The translations under genes were made by a program, and so were the position numbers. The notes below the pieces were generated by a model. It was not told the origin of the DNA. It made no database searches and saw nothing but the letters and a program-made list of their open reading frames with translations. This document shows positions 50,101 to 62,900 of a stretch of DNA of 64,000 nucleotides, in pieces (position 1 is the stretch's first letter; the number at the start of each line of letters is the position of its first letter). Source of the stretch: Mytilus trossulus (lineage: Eukaryota). The stretch spans positions 1,984,001 to 2,048,000 of the forward strand of contig NC_086373.1 of NCBI RefSeq assembly GCF_036588685.1, in the 5' to 3' direction.

Positions 50101-53100
50101 TATAAGTTTCATAACATTTGGTTTATGCAATCTAAAGTGATAGAACCGAAACGAAAAATTCGGCAATTTTTCCACTTGTAAAGGGGAATAACTCAAGGAC
50201 AGTAAAAGTGACACCACCAAAATTCACACTTGATCTGTGTTTTGTGGTAATACGGATTGTGTACAAGTTTCTAAACATTTGTTTGAGGTAAAGTAAAGTT
50301 GGAGAATGGAAACCAATTTAGAGATGCATGTATAGACAGATAATGGTAAAACTTGATGGGGCATAACAATACTAACTAAGTCTCATATCTGAAGTAAGTT
50401 AAGGGCCTTACTCTTGAGTGGTACATATTAAAACCATTAATATCAAACTTAATCTGTATTCTATGGTTCATGACGTTGTGTTTTAATTCCAAAAGACTTG
50501 GTCAAGTGGTATTTGAAATATCATCTGGAAAGAAAACTGATGGATGGATGAACAGAAGCTATAAAGATGTGTATATCTCTATATACCCCTTCCTTGAGGC
50601 AGAGGAATAATATCATCAATGTACCTTTCCATCATGTAGAGCTTTGCCTGATGTTGCTTGACTCCCCCCACTGGAGCCTACGACATCGCCTATCTTCTTC
50701 CATTGTGTGGCAGAAGCTTCCCAATGATACAACTCCACTTTCCCTCCATCTGTTTTCACCATTTTTGTCTGTCCATCTTTCTTTCCTAACAACAGAACAT
50801 AGATATATGCATTTATTCTACTTGATGAAGTTACTGTAGAAACATTATTATGTTTTGCCTGTAAGTGCTGTAAATCAGTTTAAAATGTTGAAATCAAATA
50901 GGCAATACAGCATATAAAACTAAGTAAATCATTCATAGTCAATGAACCATGACAGAAGGTGCAGGGTACTGTAAATTCAGAAATTAATGCGAGGTTTTTA
51001 TTATTGCGAAAAATGCGACTGAGTTGTAAACGCAATAATTTAAACTAGCATTTTGAAATATTTTATATGAATTTAACAGGATTTATCTCAAAGTCGTAAA
51101 AAGTAAAATTGCATTTCAGTCTAAAAATGACAAAATCGCAATAATAAATGCACACAATAATTTCTGAATTTACAGTAAAATAATCTCCAAGTAAATGAGA
51201 TAAGCCTATTGTAATACAAATTAAATCAAATATTTTTTTATATTCTATAACCCCTTAATTAGAACTTACCAGGGTTCAACAATGCCTCAGGACCAGGTAA
51301 ATCTGACATCTTTATATCTCCAACTTGTGTAGGCACCTCTGCAGTAGCTACTGCTGTATTAAAAGCAGTTAACTCTTCTGTATTAGCCACTCGACTCCCT
51401 TCTGTTGTAAACACTCTTATAGCACCATCACTGTTGAAAAACAAAATATATTTATAGGGATTCAACTTTAAAATACACACATCTCATGTAACAAAATTCA
51501 ATCAAATTATGGTTAAAATAAATAAACTTGTGTCAATTTAGGTATCCAAAAGAATACTGAATGTAAGGGTATGAACTAAACATTTTCAGCAAATTAATTA
51601 ACTTTTTTGACACATATAAATATTAATGACTGATATGAGAACTACTGAAGATTCATTATTTTTTTGTGGGATACCAATTTTCATGAACTTTGTGGCATTT
51701 TGTAAACCACAAATCTAAATGTTTAAAGTTCAAATCATCCTGTATGCAGACTTCTCCAAAACAATAAAATGAAATAACCTTGAAATTATAAGTTTTTCTC
51801 AATCCGCAGAAAACTGGTACCATAGAAAATAAATAAATACACTATTATTATAAGTTACTATATTTCATTTTATTTGTTTATACCTTGCACCACTAGCAAT
51901 GTCTCCATTTCCTAGTACGCAGACCGTCCATACAGACATTGTAGGGTGAGGAATGGTCTGTACACAAGTGCCATCCCTCCATACCCTCACTGTCCTGTCC
52001 TCACTACTACTAACAAAATCTTTACCATTGGGTAGGATAGATATACTGTAAACAAAGTTCTCATGACCGTAGTAAATCTGTAAACAATCACCAGTTATAG
52101 CCCATCGTCTGATTGTTGAATCATTGGAGCATGACAGAAATTCTCCAGATCCAAGAACTGCAATTCCTCTTACACAATCTTCATGACCTATCAAAACAAC
52201 AGAAACCTTTTTAATACCAGTCTATTTTTTTCTTAGGACCTATAGCATTACCCTTCAAAAGTGTTATGTTTTACACTAAATTATTAATTTTTACTTGTTT
52301 TGTAATGTGTTCCCACATTTCACAACTCCATAAACATATGTATGTTTTTACTTTTTCTTTTCTTTTTTTTTTTGTATTGATAAAAATAACTAAATTTTAT
52401 CAGTCATGAGTTAGGGTAAATTCAAATATTGGTACAGGTAACATATTTTAAGGTAGAGTTATCTCCCATGGTCCTCTTGATTTTCTAATATGCTTCACGT
52501 AAAAAAGGTCATATTTTTTATTCTCTTCTAAGACTTCTTGTTTTTTCTCTTGACCGCATTGCTCTTATAGAGTGTTAAATTGTTTGTCTTTACATCTCTT
52601 CAGAAAAACTATGGGGTATTCAAGTAATATTTTGAGAAGGATAAGGGGAGATTATTCAAACAATGAAAAGTAAATATATATAAAACTCAACACTAGTAAA
52701 TTTTACTTACTTTCATCTTCAAGTGTACAAAATAAAATAATAAATTCTAATTAAAAATTACAAGAAACTTATAGTACCTGAGAATGTCTTTTCACATCTT
52801 CCTGCCTTCCAAAGTTTAATGGTTCTATCTGCAGATCCTGTTAACATATAACCATGTTCTGGCATGATGCCAACACCCCATACAGCTGCTTGATGTCCTG
52901 AATAAAAACATTTATTTATTGCCAGACAAGCTATACAAACTGCACAGAATATATATACATGTAGCATAAACAAAAGGATTGTCAGAATAGTTGAAAACTT
53001 GAAATCCTTTAATTTTTCTTTTAGAATAACTGATATGTTTTTAGTGGGCTTTTCTTCCATCACGATAAAAACTACAAGTGGGCTGTTTGATATCTGACAA

Positions 53101-55989
53101 AGAAAATGACTGATTGAGTAAATCAAGACAAGTATACACAGCATACTAAACACATTAAACACAAGTACATTTCAAAAATGATGTATGCTGCCATTTTTGA
53201 AAAACAACCCAAGAGTCTCTATGTACTGTTGGAATGTTGGAAAGCCTTAAGTGTATATGTAGATATCGAGATATCAACCACTAGTACTCCCAATTATTAG
53301 GACCAAGAAAGATTACTATAGAATGGTGAATTAGTATTTTTCACCAATGTCAATCATTGTTATGTCTGTACATCTATATTCAAGTATCCCAGGTATGCTA
53401 TAAAATAAGACTAATGAACAAAGAAACATCTTCTCTACTGTTAAATGTGTAACATACCTTCTAATTTCATTACACATTTTTGCTTTAGCCAGACTCTAGC
53501 TGTTTTATCCCAGGATCCACTTAGTAATGTACCAAACTTGCCAGCTGTCAGTGCACAAACTGTAAAGGTAAATAAAAAGCTTTGTAACAACAGTAAAAGT
53601 AATGCTTACTAATGGTCTCATGCTTTTAAATTATCTGTTAGTATCTTTGTCTCTGTAAGTTGTGCTTCAGCTAGAGAATTTTCAGTGTACTTTTAAAATA
53701 AAATTGAGAAAGGAAATGGGGAATGTGTCAAAGCGAAAACAATCCGACCATAGAGCAGACAACAGCCGAAGACTTTTAAAAAGCTTGATATCAGCATATT
53801 GTAATATTATCAAGACACATACAGAGGAATTATTTGAGAATCATACATGTAGCTGAACATATTATTACTGATTTGAAAATAATTGCCTACAAAATTGTGA
53901 AATCAATCTACATGTAATTTAAATTACTTAAAAATATATACATTGATATTAAATGCTATACCATTTTCAGTATGTCCTTCAAGTTTATAGATTGGTGCAG
54001 GAGAATTTAATGTAAAAGCTAGTATGGTTGAATCGTTGCTTCCTGTCAGAATGATGCCTTGTGGGTAAGTTTCATCTGGTGGCATGTAACAGACAGAAGA
54101 AATGAAGTTACTGTGGCCTGACATAACATGACCTTCATGGAATCCATTATCTGACCTTTTAAAATACAAATAAAGTAATTAGCAAAATCATTTGTAAAAG
54201 TTCACTATTTATTTTGTGTCATGAGTGGAGAAGCTGCAGGATACATCTGCTTACCCTTCCAGAGAATTTGAGATCACATCCAGTTTTTAGTGGGGTTTGT
54301 GTTGCTCACTTTTAAGTTACATGTACCTAATCATAGTGTTTTATATACGTTTGGTTGACTTTAGCGATGACAATTTCTGAACAATTCAACTTAATAAGAA
54401 TTTGATTATCCATTTGGAATCTTCAGTATCTCTTTTAGAGTTATTTCGTTGTAAATTATAACTTCCATTGTATCTACGATGTATATTATTCAAAGCTACA
54501 TGTATTTACCTGTCAACAGTTTTGTCATTATCAATTTAGTTTTAATACATACTGTCAATGGCTACTTGTATATGTTAAGTGTCATTGTATTGTACCAGAC
54601 TAAACGAATGAATTTTATTTTTAAAGGACATTCGGTCTGGTAAGCATCCTAGCTTTTCCAGACCGAATGAAATTTTACCAGACCATTTTTTTTTACATCT
54701 CTTTGTATATTATCCAACAAAAAACAACAAACATACGACTTTGTTGTGCCCTACTCCTCCCTAAAGTGCACAAAAACAAAATGATGTAACAAGAGAGTAT
54801 AATGTTATGAAAGTTGTGCTGCAGTGCAGTGCACACTTGCTGGAATGCATTTCAGTGAAGAGTAATGTCCCATTTTATTGGATTTTAATCATGGCAATGT
54901 TTGTGAACTAAACATAATTTAGAGTTTCTGTACAAATATTATTTCCTGCTTCTTCTTCCTTTGTCATATATCTTTTGGTTTTCAATTCTAGTGTTCATAT
55001 TTCATAGCTGAATTTTGTGATCTGCCTGGATTTTTATTCGTTTAGTGTATTAAATTGGCAAACCAGGAATTATCCTTTCGTTCCAGGAATCTGATCCGGT
55101 TTTATTTAAATTTCCATTTGTGCCAATGATGGCAGCCATTGTTGTTTTTGACAGGCAGATATGTTTTTGTCCGGATTTACACATTACTGCCAGGTTGGCT
55201 ATTTTCGCCATAAAGCTAGCGGTTTAACGAAACAAATAAACATCGCTGTGATGAATACTAAAGATGAAAATGAATTTGAGATTGTTTGGCAATTTTTCTA
55301 GAATGTTAGAAAAAATCCACGAAAAAAAACACTGGACATTTGGACCAGAATTCAACAAAATTTTACCAGACCAATCTATTATTCACCAGATTTGTCTGAC
55401 TTATTTCGTGTAGCGTTTGTACATGATTGCAATCCATGATATTGTTTGCCTGAAACTACATCGGACATTTGGATTTAAATATAAATCATTACTATACTAT
55501 TATGTCATAGAATGACGATTATGAAAGTGCTGGATACTAACGTGCCTTCTATCTGGTAATTGACATCTTAAAGGCATGCAAATTTTCTCCGGTGAAAGAC
55601 ACTAAATTGTATGGGACTACCTATGCCGAAATTGAAGTTTAAAACCTGATGACGCCAACTAGAACGAGTACTTAAACTATCACTGTAAGGACAATCTTAA
55701 CATGTACAATCATATACAGAGCAAAGCAAGGTACAATGGACACATCATTATTCATACGCATTTTGATTACATTTTGTAATCATGATAAACTGTCAAATGC
55801 AATAAAACAGTAATCACTGAAATTGCTGGTTTTAGATCGTTTTACATACTCATTTGGTACCCAAACTTTAGCTGTTATATCCCTAGACCCGGACAAAAAG
55901 GAGTCGTCGGGAATCGCTAAAGCTGTAAGCGCACGAACATCTTTTTCATGTCCAGTGACACAGCAACGAAGTTTGTAGTGAGTCGCCAT
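46594..55989 (-). CDS. PLAA: Phospholipase A-2-activating protein (PLAA/Doa1/Ufd3): WD40 propeller + PFU + PUL domains, 12 coding exons, 783 aa
   Basis: Hand-spliced exons, all GT-AG with matching phases: 55850-55989, 53962-54155, 53458-53559, 52778-52897, 51884-52187, 51270-51430, 50625-50785, 49385-49604, 49009-49149, 48424-48537, 47578-47718, 46594-47147 (2352 nt including stop). WD40 repeats ([75 protein letters not shown]); PFU signature [40 protein letters not shown]; DPFTG/DPLTG-RYVP repeats; [44 protein letters not shown]. Confidence 0.97.
47578..47718 (-). CDS. PLAA: PLAA exon 11 (start of PUL), not in the ORF track
   Basis: [23 protein letters not shown]...LEKMLSWPN. Confidence 0.9.
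48424..48537 (-). CDS. PLAA: PLAA exon 10
   Basis: [10 protein letters not shown]...[20 protein letters not shown]. Confidence 0.92.
49009..49149 (-). CDS. PLAA: PLAA exon 9 (Gly-rich linker), not in the ORF track
   Basis: [47 protein letters not shown]. Confidence 0.92.
49385..49604 (-). CDS. PLAA: PLAA exon 8 (PFU ubiquitin-binding domain)
   Basis: [21 protein letters not shown]...[13 protein letters not shown]...SDPFTG. Confidence 0.94.
50625..50785 (-). CDS. PLAA: PLAA exon 7, not in the ORF track
   Basis: [53 protein letters not shown]. Confidence 0.92.
50969..51175. mobile_element. 207-bp MITE with TA TSD (Tc1/mariner-type) in PLAA intron 6
   Basis: TA|CTGTAAATTCAGAAATTA ... TAATTTCTGAATTTACAG|TA. 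Confidence 0.85.
51270..51430 (-). CDS. PLAA: PLAA exon 6
   Basis: SDGAIRVFT...[12 protein letters not shown]. Confidence 0.92.
51884..52187 (-). CDS. PLAA: PLAA exon 5 (WD40)
   Basis: [12 protein letters not shown]...[11 protein letters not shown]...[11 protein letters not shown]...GDIASGA. Confidence 0.93.
52778..52897 (-). CDS. PLAA: PLAA exon 4 (WD40)
   Basis: [41 protein letters not shown]. Confidence 0.92.
53458..53559 (-). CDS. PLAA: PLAA exon 3 (WD40), not in the ORF track
   Basis: [35 protein letters not shown]; tttacag| acceptor, G|gtatgt donor. Confidence 0.92.
53962..54155 (-). CDS. PLAA: PLAA exon 2 (WD40)
   Basis: [23 protein letters not shown]...LEGHTEN; ttaaaag| acceptor, G|gtatag donor. 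Confidence 0.92.
55850..55989 (-). CDS. PLAA: PLAA exon 1 (start codon, first WD40 repeat)
   Basis: [21 protein letters not shown]...VWVPNE; donor GA|gtatgt. Confidence 0.93.
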
Positions 55990-57166
55990 ATTGAAAAATA
56001 CCGGAACTGTTTTTGGTTGGTAAAAAATAGATTTTATATATCATGATTATCAGTAACGTCAGAAAAATACATTATATTATATACATGTGAAAGTTTGAAT
56101 AATTTTGAAACTTATATTAACTCAATGCGTTTTCATTTACTAAAGTTTTGATATTTTTATTTTTGATGTACAACGTACATATTTTTGCTGCTTGTTGACT
56201 CGGCCTACATGAAATCTCGGCCCATTACAAACTCGACCTTTCATTATTATAAACATTTGAAGTGAACAGACTCGTGATGTTTGCTTTTTTTCTACATTTT
56301 TTAAAATTACTAAGTTTGAAACCTTTTAAAAAAACGATTTTATGAAAAAGTCAGATAATTAAAATATATAAGAAATGTATCAAAATTGGCACATAATTGT
56401 AGCAGAGACATATTATATGTCTCTGATTGTAGGTACAAAAGTCCCAGATTGAAATAAACTAAGATCCGTAGAACAAATTATTTTCTTAAATTAGGTAAAA
56501 ATTTATAGAAATATAAGTTTGAATTTAAAAATTTCAAATGAGGATAATCAAGATATTTCACTTTGAAATTTTGTTTTGGATTTCTCGTTTGTACTTTTAT
56601 CTTGAAGTAAGTAAGTAATTATGAGTGTTGAATCAACATTCCGTACAAGTCACTCACAATGTATAAAAAAGCAAAATATTAAAGGTCAAGATACTACCAT
56701 CAACGCGGAGGCTTGGCTCACACGACCAGCAAGGTATAACTTGAAGGGCCCTAGTAACTTGAAATTACTAGTGTAAAACAATTAAAAGAGGAAAACCAAC
56801 GGTCTAATATATATATAAAATTTAAAAAAAAACGAGAAACACACCACACCAACAAACGACAACCACTGAACAACAGACTCCCGACTTAGGACAGGTGCAC
56901 ACAAATGCAAAAAGGTTAGACGTTTTGCCGATGTCCACTTTCACCATTACCTTAGATACGGTAGTGTGACATTTCAACATAAAAGACACACTCTAAAATA
57001 GCAACTGAAATGGTCTAAAATGGCTCAACTTGGTCAAATAGACATTCAAACAAAAACAAAAAAAGTACACTGAAGGAATAAATCATCGAATGAATAAACG
57101 TTTCGATGATTGCACTAGCAGTAATGTTGCTTAAAAAAATGTAGCAAGTTACACCGATATGTTTTA

Positions 57167-57285
57167 TGCAGGACAAATTAACATCAAATGGTATCCATCT
57201 TCAATATTATTCATTTTACAACATCTACAAATACGGTTGTTTCTAGGAAAATTGTCATTACGACCGGTTTCTAGTTTTGATTTCA
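57167..57285 (-). mobile_element. 3' fragment of a non-LTR retrotransposon ORF2 (C-terminal CCHC zinc knuckle)
   Basis: LETGR..PRNNRICRCCKMNNIEDGYHLMLICPA matches the ETGR..RICxxC..ED(E)xHxxxxCPxY motif typical of invertebrate LINE ORF2 ends. Confidence 0.75.
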
Positions 57286-58007
57286 ACTTTTTTTTTTTTA
57301 ATTTAGTTAGTATATTGGTGTTATAAAACTGAATTATAATAAACATACCTGCAAACTTTTTCAAAATGCCATGGGGCTTTTACGTGCAAGACTGCTCATA
57401 TGGGGCAATATGCGCAATTGTTTCTCCATAGGCCGTAATGGTAACGTTTTCTTCTGTTGCTCAGCCCATATCGTAAACTTGTATTTGTATGATGGCTCGT
57501 TTCGAAGCTGAGACATTTTTACATATGTGGTTAAATTTTCGGGGTACGAAGTGTGATTCATTTTTCCGTAATTTAGCAAACCCCGAGTATCCTTTTGCGA
57601 TGTGGCTCCTCATGGTAAAAAATCCCATTTTTAACACAATAAGTTCTTTGAAATTTTAATACTTTGAACACATTAAATAGCTCCATGGTTTTTACACATT
57701 TGTTCTGTGTTCCCCTACTTTCTAAATTAACACTTATAGTTCAGCTCAGTCATTTGTTTATCATAGAAATGTGTCAAATATCACTACACAGAGATTTTTT
57801 GTTTACACGTGACTTTTGTGTTCCTCAGTTCAAGGCGCATTAGGGGTATTGTCCCATATGGTCACACAAAACCTTCAAGGAGGGCTTTACGTATATTTTA
57901 ATGTTGAATTTTAACTCATCATACATTGACAAGCCTATAGCCATTGTAAAATTATTTGCTTTCTTTAAAATTGTGGGGAAAAAAATCAGGAGAACCACCA
58001 AATTATT

Positions 58008-59485
58008 TCTAGTCAAATCGGCACCTTGTATAGTCAAATTGGCACCTGGTTTAATCGGCACTTGATAGAGTCAATTCGGCACACATGTTAGATGTGTTTA
58101 ATTTACAATGTATATTTTTAACAGTATTTGAAACAAAAACAGTAAAAATAAGGAATGGGTTGTCCAGAAATTGAACAGTATATATTCAAGAAGAGATAAA
58201 TAAGGAAGGAGTTGGCCAGAATTTTATTCACATTTTTAAGGGTTGCTGTATATATTTTTTCTCTTTCAACTAAATGTGTATTTTAGATTATATATATGAG
58301 GTATTGGGTATTTTTTATGCATCTTTCAACCAGTGGAGCATTTTGCAGGATTATTGGTTTAATGCTGTTTAAACTTTCCTAAAAAAAGCACCTCCTACAG
58401 TAGTAACTGGTAATTATTTTGCATGAAAGTTTGAATTATTGAAAGGGACTTATAGTTTTCTGTTGTATTGCTTCTTATTGTTTCATTGTTTAACAACAGT
58501 TTGGTAAGGGTCTCGATGTTTCTTGTGAAGTTTTTAAGAATAAAACACCTAGAGGCCCCCCTTTTTGGGAAGAACAAAGGTAGCTTATATAAAGGGAACT
58601 AGTCACTGAAGCGTGACTGGAGCCCCCTCTTAGTCAGTCAGTGGGCCCCCGAGTTGAACGTATGAACATTTATAGATCCGCCAGTGACATCACTAATTGA
58701 ACTACCTGTATACTGTTGAGTTAAAACATATTAACTATGTACTTATTGATTAATCAAAAAAGAAACACTGATCAAATTGAAAACATCATAGAATGTTGGG
58801 AAAACATTAAATAATTAAACTTTTGTATTTTATTTCTAACTGCTTGATGCTTTTCAACGATAAAATGCATGAAAAATCCCAACCCCAAAAATACATCATG
58901 GTTTATATATTTTTAGAATTATTCATATATATCATTGGATGCCGAATTGATTTTAAATAGATGCCGATTTGACTAGATGCCGATTTAGCAAGGTGTCGAT
59001 TTGACCAGGTGCGGATCACAGGGACTCGGTTAGCAGATTAAAATTTTGTAAATCAATGTTTTTAATTTTTTTTTTTTATTTCCTGTCTATTTGCATTACT
59101 ATATTAACGTATTTAAAGTTTCCATCACTATTTCTTTGTTTTCTGGCAATGCGCAGTTTACTATCCATATCCATATACTGAAAAACTTTTCAGTATATGG
59201 ATATGGATAGTAAACTGCCCATTGCCAGAAAACAAAGAAATAGTGATGGAAACTTGTTAAAAATACGTTAATAACTTTTCAGTATATGGATATGGATAGT
59301 AAACTGCCCATTGCCAGAAAACAAAGAAATAGTGATGGAAACTTGTTAAAAATACGTTAATATAGTAATGCAAATAGACAGGAAATAAAAAAAAAATAAT
59401 TAAAAACATTGATTTACAAAATTTTAATCTGCTAACCGAGTCCCTGTGGTGCCGATATGAACAGGTGCCGATTTGACTTGTACCC
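58008..59485. mobile_element. MITE with subterminal GTCAAATCGGCACC repeats, interrupted by younger insertions
   Basis: Direct units at 58008-58085, inverted units (GGTGCCGATTTGAC) at 58938-59016 and 59449-59480; diverged inverted copy of its left ~400 bp at ~61640-62020. Confidence 0.7.
59017..59448. mobile_element. Foldback MITE, CACAGGG termini, 8-bp TSD (P-element- or hAT-like), with an internal 89-bp tandem duplication
   Basis: CACAGGGACTCGGTTAGCAGATTAAAATTTTG.. / ..CAAAATTTTAATCTGCTAACCGAGTCCCTGTG; flanks GTGCGGAT / GTGCCGAT. Confidence 0.85.
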
Positions 59486-59869
59486 ATACCAAAATTATAC
59501 TCCAGATCGGCGTAAAATCCCTTATACATACGTTTAAAAATATTCAGTTGAGTTAAAAGGTAAAACTGTTAAAGGTTAAAAAGAGATTATAAAAAAAACC
59601 TCTTCTAGGGTATTCAATAAATGACTAGAAGTCCGGGTTTGTGAGGCCGATTTCGTTATATCATTATGCCGAGTTTGTTACAGGCCGAGTTATGTTTGGG
59701 GACGAGACTTCATCGATACCCCCTTTTTTTTTTTATTGAATACAGATTTTTTTTATTAAGAAAACAGCTTTTCAAACTCTCACTGAAGAACATGTTCAAA
59801 ATTATCGATCAGAAAATTATTTTAATCTTTATCATTTTTCATATAAAATATTTTTACCTTATCATCACA

Positions 59870-59948
59870 TAAGAAACCGGAAGCCAAGTTGTTTACATTT
59901 GACCGCGAAAGACAGCTTGCATTCAAACAGAGATTTAGCTTGTTTAAA
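59870..59948 (+). promoter_or_regulatory. Putative housekeeping-type promoter with an ETS motif
   Basis: ACCGGAAG at ~59876, about 70 bp before the ATG; a CCGGAA also lies ~12 bp upstream of the PLAA ATG (56001). Confidence 0.35.
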
Positions 59949-62900
59949 ATGTCCGGAAAGCGTAAAAGAGAAGAAGATGACGGTGATTTCCCCCCTCAAT
60001 CAATTAAGTTGTCTGAAATTCCCAAAGAAAAAGTTACCACACACCCGTTCTCTTGGCATTTTGACCACATGCACTAGATGCTAGAGTATATATCTCTCAA
60101 AATGAGTCCACTCCTTGACGGGAAGATAGACAGATAGACGTTTCATGTAATAGTTAAGTTCCCTTCAATACACCTTATCGCCAATCCCGGCTGACGCAGA
60201 CACTTGAACTTTTGATGCACACAACAATGACTTTTTCATTGTGGCGTCAGCTTTTTTGTTTTATGACGTCATAATTTTACGGGAACCTGTGTGATATCCA
60301 GTAATGGCGTACAAATAATGATAAGTTGTATGGGCTTCATCCCCTAGTCCTTCTCTCTGGAAAGTAAGAGGAAGGGGGTCTTTACAATCCATACTCAAAT
60401 ACCTGCCCAGGGATCTCCATGGCCTGTTTAACGATGGAGCCCTGCCATCGTTCAAATGTCTTGCGCCATCGTCAAATGACTCACGCCATCGTTCAATTGT
60501 CTTCCGCCATCGTTCAAAACTGTGATCGTTTTTTATAGCCTGACGCCATTTTTTTTTAGCAATTAAAATCAAATGCATGTAATTGCATAACCCTCAGGCT
60601 TCTTTTATAGTATAATCCAATACAGTTCTAAAGCCTGAGGGATCTCCGGATTAAGATCGCTAATCACTTGTACCTGAGCTTGTACAGGTAGATCAACAAA
60701 CCAGACAGGAGAATATTATCTGATGATAGACAACATGGACAATTGATTCATTTGTCGAATTATTTATAAAGTTTCCGCAAATGCTTATGATAATTCAGAT
60801 TAAATAAATAAATTAATAATCCAGTTACAAAGTTTAACAAGTCAAACACGTGTGTTTATTTTGACTTACACAATCAGCATCCCCCTTTTTAAGAAGTACA
60901 AATTAAGACGTAAAACAGTAATTATTATTTCATCGCAAATAACTCGAGTACTGCTGTATTGTAATGATAACATAGAATTACTTTAAAAGTTAAAAAGTAA
61001 AAACTTTAATATTTCATGAAAAGATATCGTATCGTAATTCCGAATTCATTTCGTAGTTTACAATCAAATTGATACATCCGCCTTTCCGGTTTCTTTTCAG
61101 ACTCGAAAGATGCATGTTGCATAGCATTGATTTGCTACAAATGTAGATAAAGTCATTAAATACCTTTTCATTTGACAACGTTTTCTTTATAAATCTTTTT
61201 AAAATTTTAAATAAACCGTACGACCCGTTTTGTCGTTGCTGCAAACCAGCCATACCGGTAATGGGTTCATGACTTCTGAATTTGACAGTGTCCGTGAAAA
61301 ATAAGCTCCACATGATTTTTAACCCCCATACAATTATTAAAAATAGCAAGAAAACTACATTAGGACCTTCGTGATAGCTATTGGTAATTCTCGACTAAGG
61401 TAAAGGGAGGGGCATGAGGGCTTGGCCTTTGAAGGGTTACAAACGGCAATTATTGAAAATATATATACTTCTATATAGTTTTTGTTAATGAAAATTCAAA
61501 TAAATATAATTTAAATAAGCAATGAATTAGCATGTTCACCTAGCCTTATGTGGAGGGATGAAATACTTCGATCGCACTACACTGTACGGCGTAGGAAAGT
61601 TCTTTTCATTAGTATTTCTAATTATCGCAAAATTCTAAGGTTGTTTTGCAGAAAAGTTTAAACAGCATTAAACCTTGAAACAGTATATGATCAACAATCA
61701 TGCAGAATGCTCAACTGGTTGAAACATGCATAAAAAATATCTTACACCTTTAATATACTCACATTAATTGGAACGAAAAAAATACATATACCCCCCCCCC
61801 AAAAAAAAATGTAAATTAGTCAATATTTTGGGACAACCCCTTCTTTATTTTATTCATTTTGCTAATAGTACTACCAACAAATATATATTAATTGATATAA
61901 AATATATACATGTACTAGACATATTTAACATGTGTGCCAAATTACTACATCAGGTGCAGATTTAACCAGTTACCAATTTGACCAGGTGCCAATTTAACCA
62001 AGTGCTGATTTGACTAAAATTCTATTAATATAATGAGCTTACAAATATTTTTCTTCTGTTTATTTGCATGATTCTAGTTATTATATCAGAAGAAAAGATG
62101 AACATGTAGCTATTTATTTTCTTGTGTAAGAATATTAAGTAATTGTTGACTTTTCCAATTTCAAATTATGCACAAACAATGACAAAGAAGGTTTTACTTT
62201 AAGTGCTGCATCATTAAATTCAGACTAACTCAGGAATACAACACAAATTCAAAATTTAGCATGTCCCAATAATCTTGAGAGAAAACATTTTTGATTGGCT
62301 GATTAATTTGATCATGAGAAACACAGACCTTGATTGGTTGATTACTTTCGAAATCCAGAACAATCATATTTTTCGTTTAGATTTTCACAAAATTGTGGTT
62401 TAGTGTATTTTTCACAATCAGGATCGTGCAATCGTGACAAAGGGTCAAAATCTTTTTCAGGCTTAAATTGGGAATGTTGGCAGGTACATAAATTATGTAT
62501 CGCCAGATCATATATTTCGTACGTCATATGAATTCCTACATTGCATGCTTTTTCAACAGAGATTTTGACGTCACAATGCATTTTTAATAGTACGAAAACC
62601 CATGAGGAAAGGATACAGCTTTTTTTGGTGACTGAGCAACATGTTTCTGCAATAGAACCAGTTCTGCCAGGCACCTTGGTTGTTTCAATCATATATAAAT
62701 TGTTAAGGCAAAGGAAAATATGTCCTTCTGCTTGTTAAGGCCATTACAAATGCAGAAATTTGGCTTATTCCTTTGATATTCTGACTTGTACAAAATGTAC
62801 CTATTGCCATGTTCCACTGTGAGGCATTTGGAACTTGTAAAACTAGATGTGAACAAAAGGTAGGTAGTCTGTTTAGGTCTGTTTACTCTATACTGGAATT

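Noticed and set aside
50655-50672. Possible frameshift at the G-run in PLAA exon 7
   Set aside because: Six G residues keep the frame ([11 protein letters not shown]); the gene is intact.
46616-50839. Plus-strand ORFs 46616-46852, 49773-50105 and 50567-50839
   Set aside because: Antisense to PLAA exons, or within an intronic repeat.
59017-59023. CACAGGG terminus resembling the RAG/Transib RSS heptamer CACAGTG
   Set aside because: The TSD is 8 bp rather than the 5 bp typical of Transib/ProtoRAG, and there is no nonamer or RAG-like ORF nearby.
60261-60578. 105-aa minus-strand ORF with repeated ERWR
   Set aside because: Derived from ~21-bp cgccatcgttcaa repeats of an intronic TE fragment.
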